From a virus: 64,000 nt of DNA. The notes beneath the pieces are model-generated. The model did no database searches. It saw only the letters and a list, made by a program, of their open reading frames with translations, and was not told the DNA's origin. Made by a program: the position numbers and the translations under genes. Shown one piece after another: positions 28,387 to 37,692 of the stretch (within the stretch, counting starts at the first letter, position 1; the number at the start of each line of letters is the position of its first letter). The stretch spans positions 1 to 64,000 of the IMG/VR virus record IMGVR_UViG_3300031551_000001, one strand, 5' to 3'.

Positions 28387-28944
28387 CTAAATAGCGTTGG
28401 TAATTTGTTTTGTCGTTGGAGTCCACATGTCTTGTTTCCCACCTTTATGTTCATCTACCCATTTTTTCAGATAATTACAAACACCATTAAACCAATCTAC
28501 CTGAGATTTAGTAGTTACTTTCATTGAAGCATATTTACCTGCTCTAGCATCTTTCATGTATTCTTTAATTTCCCCGGTAAGTCTTACTCTTGGAAGATAT
28601 AACCAATAAGGCTCTAAACATATAGATAATTTATCTGCTGCACAAAGTTTAGAGGGATTAACATTGTCTTTTTTTGCATAAAATCTTGAGTGATATTTAG
28701 ACAAATTAGCCCATCTTTCCCCAAATACAGACATAATTTTCGCACCAAATTCCACGTGAGATTCTCCTTCTTCTCCATCCATATTTGGCTTACCAACATA
28801 ACCCAAATCATGCACAAAAAACAATAGCCATAATCTTGGATCAAAAGGAAATCCATAGAGTTTCCACCAAGCTATAAACACAAACACAGGATGAATAAAA
28901 AAACAATGAGCACCAAACAACACTGATTTAGTTCCTACTTTCAT
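28387..28944 (-). CDS. HD-like conserved phage protein
   Basis: HP, VHDLGY, H, YHSRFY, ADKL. Confidence 0.6.
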   Translation of the reverse strand: MKVGTKSVLFGAHCFFIHPVFVFIAWWKLYGFPFDPRLWLLFFVHDLGYVGKPNMDGEEGESHVEFGAKIMSVFGERWANLSKYHSRFYAKKDNVNPSKLCAADKLSICLEPYWLYLPRVRLTGEIKEYMKDARAGKYASMKVTTKSQVDWFNGVCNYLKKWVDEHKGGKQDMWTPTTKQITNAI

Positions 28945-29037
28945 AATTAATATTGTTAGTGTTAGATTTTAATTTATTGTTATTATCCCATGATAAATAA
29001 AGATGTTGAAGATATATTATGCGATTGATTGTTTCCA

Positions 29038-29304
29038 TTATATATAGTTTGTCAATAAATTAAGTATGTCGTGTATCATCTGTTCTTCCTCCCTGACCTC
29101 CGCTTTAATCATATAAAGATAAAATTTAACATAAGACACTTTAAGCCCTTTTGCTATAGACTCTACCATTTTAAGTGTTGGAATTCGGGTGTTCGTTTCA
29201 ATTAAGCACAGATAAGATTTCCCAATACCAGCTCTTCTCGCCAGTGTTTTTTGGCTAATTTTTTGTGCTCTTCTGAGGTCTCTTATAGCCGTTCCGATTT
29301 CCAT
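29038..29304 (-). CDS. XRE-family HTH regulator
   Basis: IRDLRRAQKISQKTLARRAGIGKSYLCLIE..PTL. Confidence 0.9.
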   Translation of the reverse strand: MEIGTAIRDLRRAQKISQKTLARRAGIGKSYLCLIETNTRIPTLKMVESIAKGLKVSYVKFYLYMIKAEVREEEQMIHDILNLLTNYI

Positions 29305-29614
29305 TTCCGTTTCTTAAAAGAACAGTTAGCTTATCAAAAGATATGTTTGGGATGCCTATAATACTTTAGAAGCTTCCACCGTAAAGTTATGCAGGACAAC
29401 AGACGGATCAATGTTCTGCCTGTTTAATTCCTGCAAATCATCCTCACTCCAACACCCAAGCTCAAATTTGGTGGCCGGAGGTCCGCCCTTAAAATATTCA
29501 GCGGGTAAAGGACGGCTTATTAAGTAAGCCTTTACTAAACAATCCCTTAATGTTCCTATGTCTATATGTTTCTTTTTTGCCTTCATGGGCAAAAGTGTTA
29601 GTAACAATGCAAAT

Positions 29615-29968
29615 TTAGTAATAATAATTTTGATTAAATGTTGTGTCTGGATAAAAAGAAATGGTATCTACCGCAATAATCTTCCACACAGAATCTGGCA
29701 TTACAAAAAGAGAATCATATAATTCATGAAAAGAAGTATCTACCTCAATACTATCAAGAATAACATTCTCTACATCATTTTCAAATGATGCTCTTTCAAT
29801 AAATGCCAAGGCATCATTTTTATTAGTAAATATTGCTTCGTGATTACATTCATTTATTGTATATGTATCATAATTCCATTTAATTATTCTATCAAATTCA
29901 TCGAGTTCACAAAACGGAATTCCTTGATGTGTTATAACTAAACACCACGTTACTATATATTTCCACAT
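29615..29968 (-). CDS. small protein rich in D-S/T-x sequons
   Basis: Short hydrophobic N-terminus; DSI, DSL, DSV, DTI, DTT in the last ~47 aa. Confidence 0.65.
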   Translation of the reverse strand: MWKYIVTWCLVITHQGIPFCELDEFDRIIKWNYDTYTINECNHEAIFTNKNDALAFIERASFENDVENVILDSIEVDTSFHELYDSLFVMPDSVWKIIAVDTISFYPDTTFNQNYYY

Positions 29969-29969
29969 A

Positions 29970-30236
29970 TCAAACTCCTTTCTTCCCAAAATATGGTCTC
30001 CAAAAAGGCATGTCCCTGGGCGGTATCATTATGGTCTTTTTGTTTCTCATGTCGTGTGCCGGACGGGGGTTTCTGTGTTTTATAATAAATCTTCCGAATC
30101 TGGAAATATGTACTTCAATTTTATTCTCAAGATTCTTTTTGATCTCACCAAAGGTAACATTGACAATAAGGTCTACCGTTTCTTTGTCAACTCCGGTTTG
30201 TTTTGCTACGTTTTTTACTAATTTTAATGTGTTCAT
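29970..30236 (-). CDS. HU/IHF-family DNA-binding protein
   Basis: LVKNVAKQTG, VHISRFGRF, RNPR..D......IPPR..P.WRP. Confidence 0.9.
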   Translation of the reverse strand: MNTLKLVKNVAKQTGVDKETVDLIVNVTFGEIKKNLENKIEVHISRFGRFIIKHRNPRPAHDMRNKKTIMIPPRDMPFWRPYFGKKGV

Positions 30237-30246
30237 ATCGTTAATT

Positions 30247-30666
30247 TCATCTGATTAATACTCTTCCTATGTCGCCCCAAGGCCTATAATATTGATTGTT
30301 GAATATTCTACTTGTAAGTTCTCTTTTGAGGGATTGATTTCTTTTTTGAGATGGAAACTGAAAAAGAAAATCTTTTTCTATATTACTCACTTTCCTGTTA
30401 AAATCTTTTTCTGTGTCTGATAAATTTTTATATGTTTTTAACCCGTTTATAATAGCTGCGTGATCTCTCTTATTAAAAATACGAGCTATATTGATTTTTG
30501 AGACATTAAGGTGATTAAATAAATTATGCCAAATAACAAATCTTCCAATAGGGATATTCCCTTCCCTTGATTTTGAAAACAACTCATCCTTTGTTACATC
30601 AAAATCCTCGCACACACGATTAATTAACCACACCAGCCTTCTTTTATTTGCAAAAGATAAATTCAC
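30247..30666 (-). CDS. stand-alone DnaA C-terminal (domain IV)-like HTH protein
   Basis: VCEDFDVTKDELFSKSR..IPIGR, IARIFNKRDHAAIING. Confidence 0.8.
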   Translation of the reverse strand: MNLSFANKRRLVWLINRVCEDFDVTKDELFSKSREGNIPIGRFVIWHNLFNHLNVSKINIARIFNKRDHAAIINGLKTYKNLSDTEKDFNRKVSNIEKDFLFQFPSQKRNQSLKRELTSRIFNNQYYRPWGDIGRVLIR

Positions 30667-31199
30667 AATTTTATTATTTGTACCTGTCCTCTTACAGCTT
30701 GTTTAAATGCTTTACTTACGTTAATGGCTCTTATAAGGTCTGTTCCGTTAAGTGGTATTTTTCCAGACAAAAGGGAAGATGTCATGAGACTCCCAATAGC
30801 CTCTGCGTGGCCTACTCCTATTGAAGCGTATGGAAGCTCACAAGACAAGACAGTAAAATTATTATCAATCTCAAAAATCTTTTTGCCTGTGTTTATTAAT
30901 ATATTCCACAATCCATCAAGCGTAGATACCACATCATTATCCCTTAAATGATCAATAAAATTAGTATACACAGAATCTTCATCAATCAAATCTTTTGCGA
31001 TAGGATTAAATGATGTTTCATTGATCATTTTTCTTAGTTCGTGGATTATTATTGTTTTACCGGCAACACCAATTAAGATGTCTTTGTGTTGGAATATCTT
31101 CTTGTAATTTGTTCTGTAAACATTATCGCCATCATAATAATATGAATCAGAAGCCATCCACGACCCCTTACTCGATATAATTGTTGCTACTGCGCTCAT
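30663..31199 (-). CDS. HslV/proteasome-like Ntn-fold protein
   Basis: MSAVA..MASDS..KKIF..IGVAG..YASIGVG..AIGSL. Confidence 0.7.
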   Translation of the reverse strand: MSAVATIISSKGSWMASDSYYYDGDNVYRTNYKKIFQHKDILIGVAGKTIIIHELRKMINETSFNPIAKDLIDEDSVYTNFIDHLRDNDVVSTLDGLWNILINTGKKIFEIDNNFTVLSCELPYASIGVGHAEAIGSLMTSSLLSGKIPLNGTDLIRAINVSKAFKQAVRGQVQIIKL

Positions 31200-32094
31200 T
31201 TTTTATTATTTTATTAATATTTTCTGCACTTATTCTAAATCCAGCAGCCCCCTTATGACCACCACCCCCTAGGCTTTTAGCTATAATAGAACAATCAGCT
31301 TTTCCATTATCATTATATAAACTAAAATTATATGTTCCATTTGCATAATGGAAACAAGCCGCCCCATCATATCCGTCTTTATGATAATTTATGCCAAAAT
31401 TTATGGGATTAAAACGTTCTTTATTTACACAAATAAATTTCCTAACAGTGGTAATATTATTTTCTATTAATTCTACAAATTCTATAGGAAATCCATTTTT
31501 ATATGATTGCTTCGCCTCTGTACATAAGTATTTATAAATTTCTTTTCCAGATGAAATCATTCTATCAGTTAAAAATGATTCTTTTATACTTTTTTCAAGC
31601 CATTTATAACATTCGTCAACATTACTTATGTTAGCTCGGGCAGCATATTGAAATTCTAATACCTTTTGTTCTTCATTGGTTCCTTTGTGCCTAAAGCAAT
31701 CATATCTACCGAGTAAACGAACAAATTCTGGCATTGGTTCTTTAGGGAAACAATAATCCCAAGTAAGTTCACATGCGGCAAATTTATTGTCTAGATAATT
31801 AATACAAAAAGATTCTCCATCTCCAATAAATTTCTTATAATCATCAATAGCTGATTTATGGTGATCAATCCATATAAATTGCCATCCAGATCCTTTTGCA
31901 TATTTTTCCATTATCTCAATTGGAAATGAAACGTCAACCATAACAATTTTTTCGTTTTCAGGAATATTAGGAAATTCATCTCCATAATTCCATCCAAACA
32001 ATTTAAGATCAATTTCTTTTTCTTTACACCATTTTTTTACGATAGCAGCGCTACACCAACCATCTAAATCTATTGAATGATAAATACAATACAT
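31168..32094 (-). CDS. DHH/DHHA1 phosphoesterase
   Basis: YHSIDLDG, MVDVSF, WIDHH, GGGGHKGAAG. Confidence 0.92.
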   Translation of the reverse strand: MYCIYHSIDLDGWCSAAIVKKWCKEKEIDLKLFGWNYGDEFPNIPENEKIVMVDVSFPIEIMEKYAKGSGWQFIWIDHHKSAIDDYKKFIGDGESFCINYLDNKFAACELTWDYCFPKEPMPEFVRLLGRYDCFRHKGTNEEQKVLEFQYAARANISNVDECYKWLEKSIKESFLTDRMISSGKEIYKYLCTEAKQSYKNGFPIEFVELIENNITTVRKFICVNKERFNPINFGINYHKDGYDGAACFHYANGTYNFSLYNDNGKADCSIIAKSLGGGGHKGAAGFRISAENINKIIKNERSSNNYIE

Positions 32095-32575
32095 AATTTT
32101 AATGTTTTATGAGTGCTTAATTAAGAATGTTCCAATTTCAAGACATTGTTCTTTGGGAATTGTAATTTGAATAACAACATCTCCATTATCATTTTCTATC
32201 CAACTGGCCTTGTCAAGAGTAAAAGTGTGTCCTTCTTTTGAAGTTCCTTTAAGAATATTCTTTTCAATTTCTCTTTCTGTTTCTTCTATTATATCCTCAG
32301 TAGATTGGCCGTCAGAAGGAATGTCACTGTATAGTGGTTCTTTGATATTCGATGTAAATGGCGGAGGGTTGACGCTTTCTTTTGTCGGCTCAACAGGCGA
32401 TAATTTACCTGCCTTTTTAAGTTTACTTCCAATTTTTAATAAGTCTTTCATATAAAGTTTCCGTTAGTTTCAAAAACAAAGTACTGAAATATATTTTTAA
32501 TAAACAAATATTTTTGATGAAAAATTAATAAAATAGTTGTGCAAATATTTTTTCATGTGAATATTTTTTCATAAT

Positions 32576-32632
32576 ATTGTCAACGGACGAATATAAATTG
32601 TCGTTTTAATGTAATTTATACCTTGTTAGCTG
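32576..32632 (+). other. attC-like imperfect hairpin upstream of the methyltransferase
   Basis: GTCAAC-GGACGAA-TATAAATTG...TAATTTATA-CCTT-GTTAGCTG. Confidence 0.65.
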
Positions 32633-33723
32633 ACTGGTGTGGATAATTTAGTACAAACTTTAATAAAAGAACGAATGATAGTAAAAGAAAAAAAAGGAGG
32701 GTGTTTTTTTGACTTAATACAAGGAGATTGTTCTATTGAAAACGAATATATAAAAGATGGTAGTGTTGACCTTATTTTAACTGATTTGCCTTATGGTACT
32801 GTAAAGGGTATGGGTGGAGATATGGCGAAATATAAACACCTAAGTAATGCAAGTTGGGACGTTGTTATACCTACCGAAAAGATAATGCAGATTGCAAACA
32901 GAATACTTAGGAAAAACGGCAAAATGGTATTGACCGCAAACCAACCGTTTACAACTGAGCTAATAAGTAAGCAGATACCTAACTTGCCACATTGCTATAA
33001 TATGTATTGGGATAAAATGCACTTTGCAAATTGTTTGGTTGCAAACAAAGCTCCAGTAAGCTACATGGAGGATATTTTGGTTTTTAGTAAAGATTATGAC
33101 TTTGAAAACTTGCACCCACTTAGAGAATACTTTAGTAATGTACTTTCTTTTATTGGGCTTAAAAAGAAAACCATAATTGAAACAATAGGGCAAAGGGCAG
33201 ACCATGTATTTAGGGTGAAAAGTTCGCAATTTGAATTATGCAAAAAAGAAACATATTTGGCTTTGATTGCTGAATATAGGATTAACAATATGGATGACTT
33301 TTTAAATTATACGGAACTTGAAAACATAAACGAAAAATACACAAGCACTTTTAATCTATGGGAAGGAAACAAACACAAAAGCAATATACTTAAATACAAA
33401 AAGGATTATGATGGGCTCCATCCAACACAAAAGCCTGTATTATTGCTTGAAGATTTGATTAAGACTTTTAGCAATAAAAACGACTTAGTTGTTGATTTGA
33501 CAATGGGAAGCGGAAGTACTGGTGTAGCTTGTAAGAATACCAAACGTAACTTTATAGGAATTGAAAAAGACGAGAAGTATTTTGATATAGCAGTAAACCG
33601 AATTAAAATTATTGAACCAAAACCCCAACAACTTTGAAAAAGTTGAAGCGGGCTGGCTTTTTTCTTTTACGGATGAACCATATAACCTTGATTAAGTGAA
33701 CGAATGTAGTGCTTGCAGCTAAC
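32585..33723 (+). mobile_element. putative integron-type gene cassette carrying a DNA methyltransferase
   Basis: Bounded by AAC at both junctions; GTTAGCTG (32625-32632) is complementary to CAGCTAAC (33716-33723); opposite strand to the resident genes. Confidence 0.6.
32639..33637 (+). CDS. N4/N6 DNA methyltransferase (beta class)
   Basis: LILTDLPY (DPPY variant), HPTQKP, DLTMGSGSTG, IGIEKD. Confidence 0.92.
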   Translation: MDNLVQTLIKERMIVKEKKGGCFFDLIQGDCSIENEYIKDGSVDLILTDLPYGTVKGMGGDMAKYKHLSNASWDVVIPTEKIMQIANRILRKNGKMVLTANQPFTTELISKQIPNLPHCYNMYWDKMHFANCLVANKAPVSYMEDILVFSKDYDFENLHPLREYFSNVLSFIGLKKKTIIETIGQRADHVFRVKSSQFELCKKETYLALIAEYRINNMDDFLNYTELENINEKYTSTFNLWEGNKHKSNILKYKKDYDGLHPTQKPVLLLEDLIKTFSNKNDLVVDLTMGSGSTGVACKNTKRNFIGIEKDEKYFDIAVNRIKIIEPKPQQL

Positions 33724-33742
33724 TACTTTATATAAACAATTC
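33719..33742 (+). repeat. dispersed gene-end site, copy F (CTAACTACTTTATATAAACAATTC)
   Basis: 81 nt after the methyltransferase stop; strand follows the gene. Confidence 0.85.
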
Positions 33743-34198
33743 AAAATTTTAATCTTATAACTTTTACTGTCATTAGCGGTATGTAAAATTTTTTTACTAA
33801 CTGAATTTTCTCATAATTTTTAGGCATAACTCCAATTTAAAAGAAAAGTTTGCCAACAAGAAAGAAGGATGTTTTGCATCCTTTTCGAATGTTGTGCCAA
33901 ATTTATGTGCGAAGCTTATAAATTTAAGTTGTGGTATAAATAAAGAACTTTAAAAAGAAAGAAATTAAAAATAAAGAAAGAAAAATTTTACCTGATCGAA
34001 CAAATGTAAGTCTATGAACGTTTCAAACCCAAAAAGGGAATCAATAAAAAACCGACTGAGTGCGCTGGTAGCTAAACACACAATCGGTTTATTGAAAAAA
34101 AATATCTTATTGCTACCAGCCCCGGTTAAATATTTAAAGAACTGGCACAAATATACAAAATATTTTTAATTGCTTTTTTCGAATAAAATTTTTTTCAT

Positions 34199-35447
34199 AA
34201 ATATTTCGGCAAAGAAGCCCATTGATGCCGAAGGCTCGATGGGAGGAATTGCCGCCCCGTAATTAAATTGTTTTCAAATATAAGAAAATATATTAAATAA
34301 TTTGCTATCTTTGTGATATGAAATTGACATTGAAAATAAAACTTTTGCCCACTGACGAACAGACTAACTTGCTTCTCGAAACGATGAAGGAAGCTAATGC
34401 TGTTTGTAATGCCATATCTGATGTTGCTTGGCAAGAAAGGATTTTCAATAATTTTAAACTCCATCACAAAGTTTACCATTCTTACAAGGCTACGTTTAAA
34501 CTTTCTTCTCAAATGCTTATCAGGCAAATAGCTAAAGTTGCTGATGCTTATAAGCTGGATAAGAAAACTAAACGTACTTTTAATCCACTTGGCGGTATCG
34601 CCTACGATAGTAGGATAATGACTTACAAGCCTGACAATGTGATTTCTTTGTGGTGTATTGGTGGCAGACAAAAGATTGATTTTGTTTGCCACAACCCTGC
34701 TTATATTCCTTACATCAAAGGGGAAGCTGATTTGGTTTACAAGAAAGGTAAGCTTTACTTGTTTCAAACTGTTGATGTACCCGAAGAAGATGTTGAGGAC
34801 GTAGAAAGCTTCGTGGGTGTGGATTTTGGTTTGGTTTCGATTGCCACACTTAGTAATGGAAAAGAATTTAACTCTAAAATACTTCAAGAATATCGAGAAA
34901 AAAGACAAAAAGTAAGAAGCTCCGTTCAAAGCAAACGCACAAGAGGAAGTAAAAAACTCTTGAAAAGGCTTTCTGGCAGAGAACGTACACACGCTTCTAT
35001 CACTAACCATACGATTGCGAAACAAATTGTTCAAATTGCAAAAGAAGAAAACAAAGGAATTGCTTTGGAAGATTTGAAAGGCATCAGATTTTCTTCTTTG
35101 AAAAAAGGCAAAAAGTTTAGAACAAAAGTTGGAAAGTGGTCTTTTAATCAGTTGCGTCAATACATTTCCTACAAAGCTATTCTTAATGGTGTTCCTGTTG
35201 TTTTGGTTAATCCAAGATACACAAGCAAAACTTGTAATAACTGCCACCACATAGGAAATAGAAAAGGAAAAGTATTTGAATGCAACAACTGCGGAAACAG
35301 TATGGATGCCGATGTTAACGCATCGCTCAATATTGCTACGCTGGGGGCAATCGTAAATTTGCCTGAAAAGTCGGATATGTATAGCTGCGCTTTGCATTAT
35401 TCAGATTTAAAGCCCACCCCATCGCTTTGCGTGGGTGGGTAGTTTAC
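34199..35447 (+). mobile_element. TnpB-only IS200/IS605 (IS1341-like) element
   Basis: Left hairpin AAGCCCA..TGGG with GAAG at +16..+19 after TCAT; right hairpin AAAG-CCCACCC..GGGTGGG, then TTAC; no tnpA. Confidence 0.8.
34318..35442 (+). CDS. tnpB: RNA-guided endonuclease TnpB
   Basis: RuvC triad VGVDFG / ALEDL / DADVNA, YTSKTC, zinc finger CNNC..CNNC. Confidence 0.95.
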   Translation: MKLTLKIKLLPTDEQTNLLLETMKEANAVCNAISDVAWQERIFNNFKLHHKVYHSYKATFKLSSQMLIRQIAKVADAYKLDKKTKRTFNPLGGIAYDSRIMTYKPDNVISLWCIGGRQKIDFVCHNPAYIPYIKGEADLVYKKGKLYLFQTVDVPEEDVEDVESFVGVDFGLVSIATLSNGKEFNSKILQEYREKRQKVRSSVQSKRTRGSKKLLKRLSGRERTHASITNHTIAKQIVQIAKEENKGIALEDLKGIRFSSLKKGKKFRTKVGKWSFNQLRQYISYKAILNGVPVVLVNPRYTSKTCNNCHHIGNRKGKVFECNNCGNSMDADVNASLNIATLGAIVNLPEKSDMYSCALHYSDLKPTPSLCVGG

Positions 35448-35948
35448 CGGATAACTTTTCAACAACTCTTTCTTTTTATTGTAAAATATACTAAAATCAG
35501 TATTTGGCCACTCTTTTTTATAATTTTCTCTTCCTTTTTCTGTTCCCTGGTCAATAAGAGTGTGTTCAATCGGGACCAATTGCATTATATTATCCGGGTT
35601 ATATCTGAATAAGGGATATTGTTTTTTGGGAAGAATATGTGCAAACATATTCAGAAATAAATTGTGATTTACTTTAGTTAAATCTCTTCCACTTATTTCA
35701 GATCTGTGAGGACGATTTTTCCATATCCACCTAAACATATTCAGCTCAGATTTGAATCCCCACTGAAACACATCAAAGTCATATTTATTTTTTGACAAGC
35801 ATTTGTTTCTTTCTTTGATGGATTTCTTCTTTATTGTTCGTACAATATCACTTCTCAGGAATTGATGTATTTTACAATATCCTTTCCCTGTATTTTTATC
35901 TGTTCCGAAAACGTTGTAATTACAATTCTGGGCACTACAAATTCTCAT
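35397..35948 (-). CDS. NinG/HNH-like protein with C-terminus altered by the IS
   Basis: C..C..YC..H, SEISG, FAHILPKKQYP..NI..L...EH; last 16 aa are encoded by the IS right end. Confidence 0.65.
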   Translation of the reverse strand: MRICSAQNCNYNVFGTDKNTGKGYCKIHQFLRSDIVRTIKKKSIKERNKCLSKNKYDFDVFQWGFKSELNMFRWIWKNRPHRSEISGRDLTKVNHNLFLNMFAHILPKKQYPLFRYNPDNIMQLVPIEHTLIDQGTEKGRENYKKEWPNTDFSIFYNKKKELLKSYPVNYPPTQSDGVGFKSE

Positions 35949-37692
35949 TTTCTTTTTTCTTCTGATGTCTAACCCTGTATTCTTTACGCTTGTAGGCATC
36001 AGCACCACTAAGCAAATAGTTGTTAATATCGGAAATTGTATCCATAAATCTTTTCTTATGCCTGTTTTTTTTATATGAATTTGTTTTTTTTACCGAACAC
36101 CTCTCCAAATGAGTTCCCTTGTCTATTCCTTGTAAATAGATTGTTTTGTAAATTTCCAACCTACTTTCTCTTGACAGGGGTTGAAGCAAAAATGATTTAT
36201 CTATTTCTTCAAAATCTATAATCATGGTATAAAGATAAAAAAAATAATTGAGAAAAAATTGTTTTTTATTAAAAATTTACATAAGTTTGTCAAGAAAATT
36301 TGTGGTGTTTAATATATAAATAATTAAAGTATTGGAAGCTAACGAATTAAAGGAAGAATCGCAGAAATTTATTATTTATCTGTATAAGCACTTCATAAAA
36401 ATACGAAATATTATTGAAAATATACGTAATCGTAAAGATATGATAGATGCGGATGACTGTGATGTGATTGAGCCATTACACGAACACTTCCTAGAAGAAA
36501 GGCGCATGGCTGATGACTAACGGAAGCTGAAACTCCCCTTCGGGGGAGCTTCTTTTTAAAATTAAAGAGATGGAGAGAGAAAATATTCTTAAAAGTGATG
36601 AATACTGGGATGAAAAGATTGAATTGGATTTTTATGGTTTTATGGGGAAAGAACTAAAAAAATAATTAAAATCTGATATATTGAAAATGAAAAATGAACT
36701 CATTAAAATATTAGAAAAAAAAATGGAAGCACCAATGACTTATTTTATGAAAAAAGTTTTAGCTAACCCTATCGCAAAAAATATTTTTTTTAAAAAAATA
36801 CAGAGTGATGAGAAAAATTTAACGATATCAAAGAATAATAATCAAATGAAGGTATTTGCTTTTTTATATAATGATTGTATTTACGAGAGCGCAGAAGCAA
36901 CAGTCAGCTTGCATTTAACAAGAAAAGGGGCGCAGTCAGCACTTCGCAAACATAAAGCAAAAAAGAAAAAAGAATGGAAAGAAATTTATTCAGGTGATTT
37001 TGAAGCAACATCACCATTCGGAACTCATGAATGGTGGGGTGTATGTGAAATGGAAATATTAAATCCTTAAAATTATGGAAAGATTTATTGTTAAATATTG
37101 CAATGGAAAAATAAGACAACAAAAAGGAATTAATGCAACTTATCAATATCTTATTGGTATAGGCGTTATAGCCTATGTAATAGATACGAAAACAGGTGAG
37201 ATTATGTATGGTGATAAAGACGAAGCCTTACATACTGAAAAAATTTCGATTTATGAAGATTCGGATATGATAGTACCTAAAATTTAATGACATGAAAGAA
37301 TATAAATATAATCCAACACGCTTTATTAGATTCATAAACAAATTCACAAAAGATTTCGTTGACATTCCTTTTGTCGGGGGGACTTTCACTACAGATAGAA
37401 GAAGGATGGCAAAATTAGCACATTATTATGCTGGGTGGAATATATTCAGTAATAAAAAAGAAAAACCTAAATTTCATTTTTATGTTTTATGGAATAAAGG
37501 AGATGAGGATGTTACCATTGGAGGAATATATTTTGGTAAACCATTAAGAGATGGATCAAATATATTGACTTATGGTGTGAATTTAGATACGAATGAAATT
37601 ATAACAGACGATGTATTTAACAATGGATTAAAAAAAATAGGCATTATTTATGATGATTTTTTCAAATTACTTGAAATAAAAAATATGGCATA

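Noticed and set aside
32638-32646. Perfect DnaA box TGTGGATAA
   Set aside because: Single copy; another lies inside a coding region near 18930; consistent with chance and not clustered like an origin
34195-35397. 400-aa minus-strand ORF
   Set aside because: Antisense shadow of tnpB with no protein-like motifs
36510-36557. CTGATGA...GAAA-CTCCCC-TTCG-GGGGAG as a second hammerhead
   Set aside because: No stem II pairing and no U-H after stem III; fits an ordinary UUCG terminator hairpin
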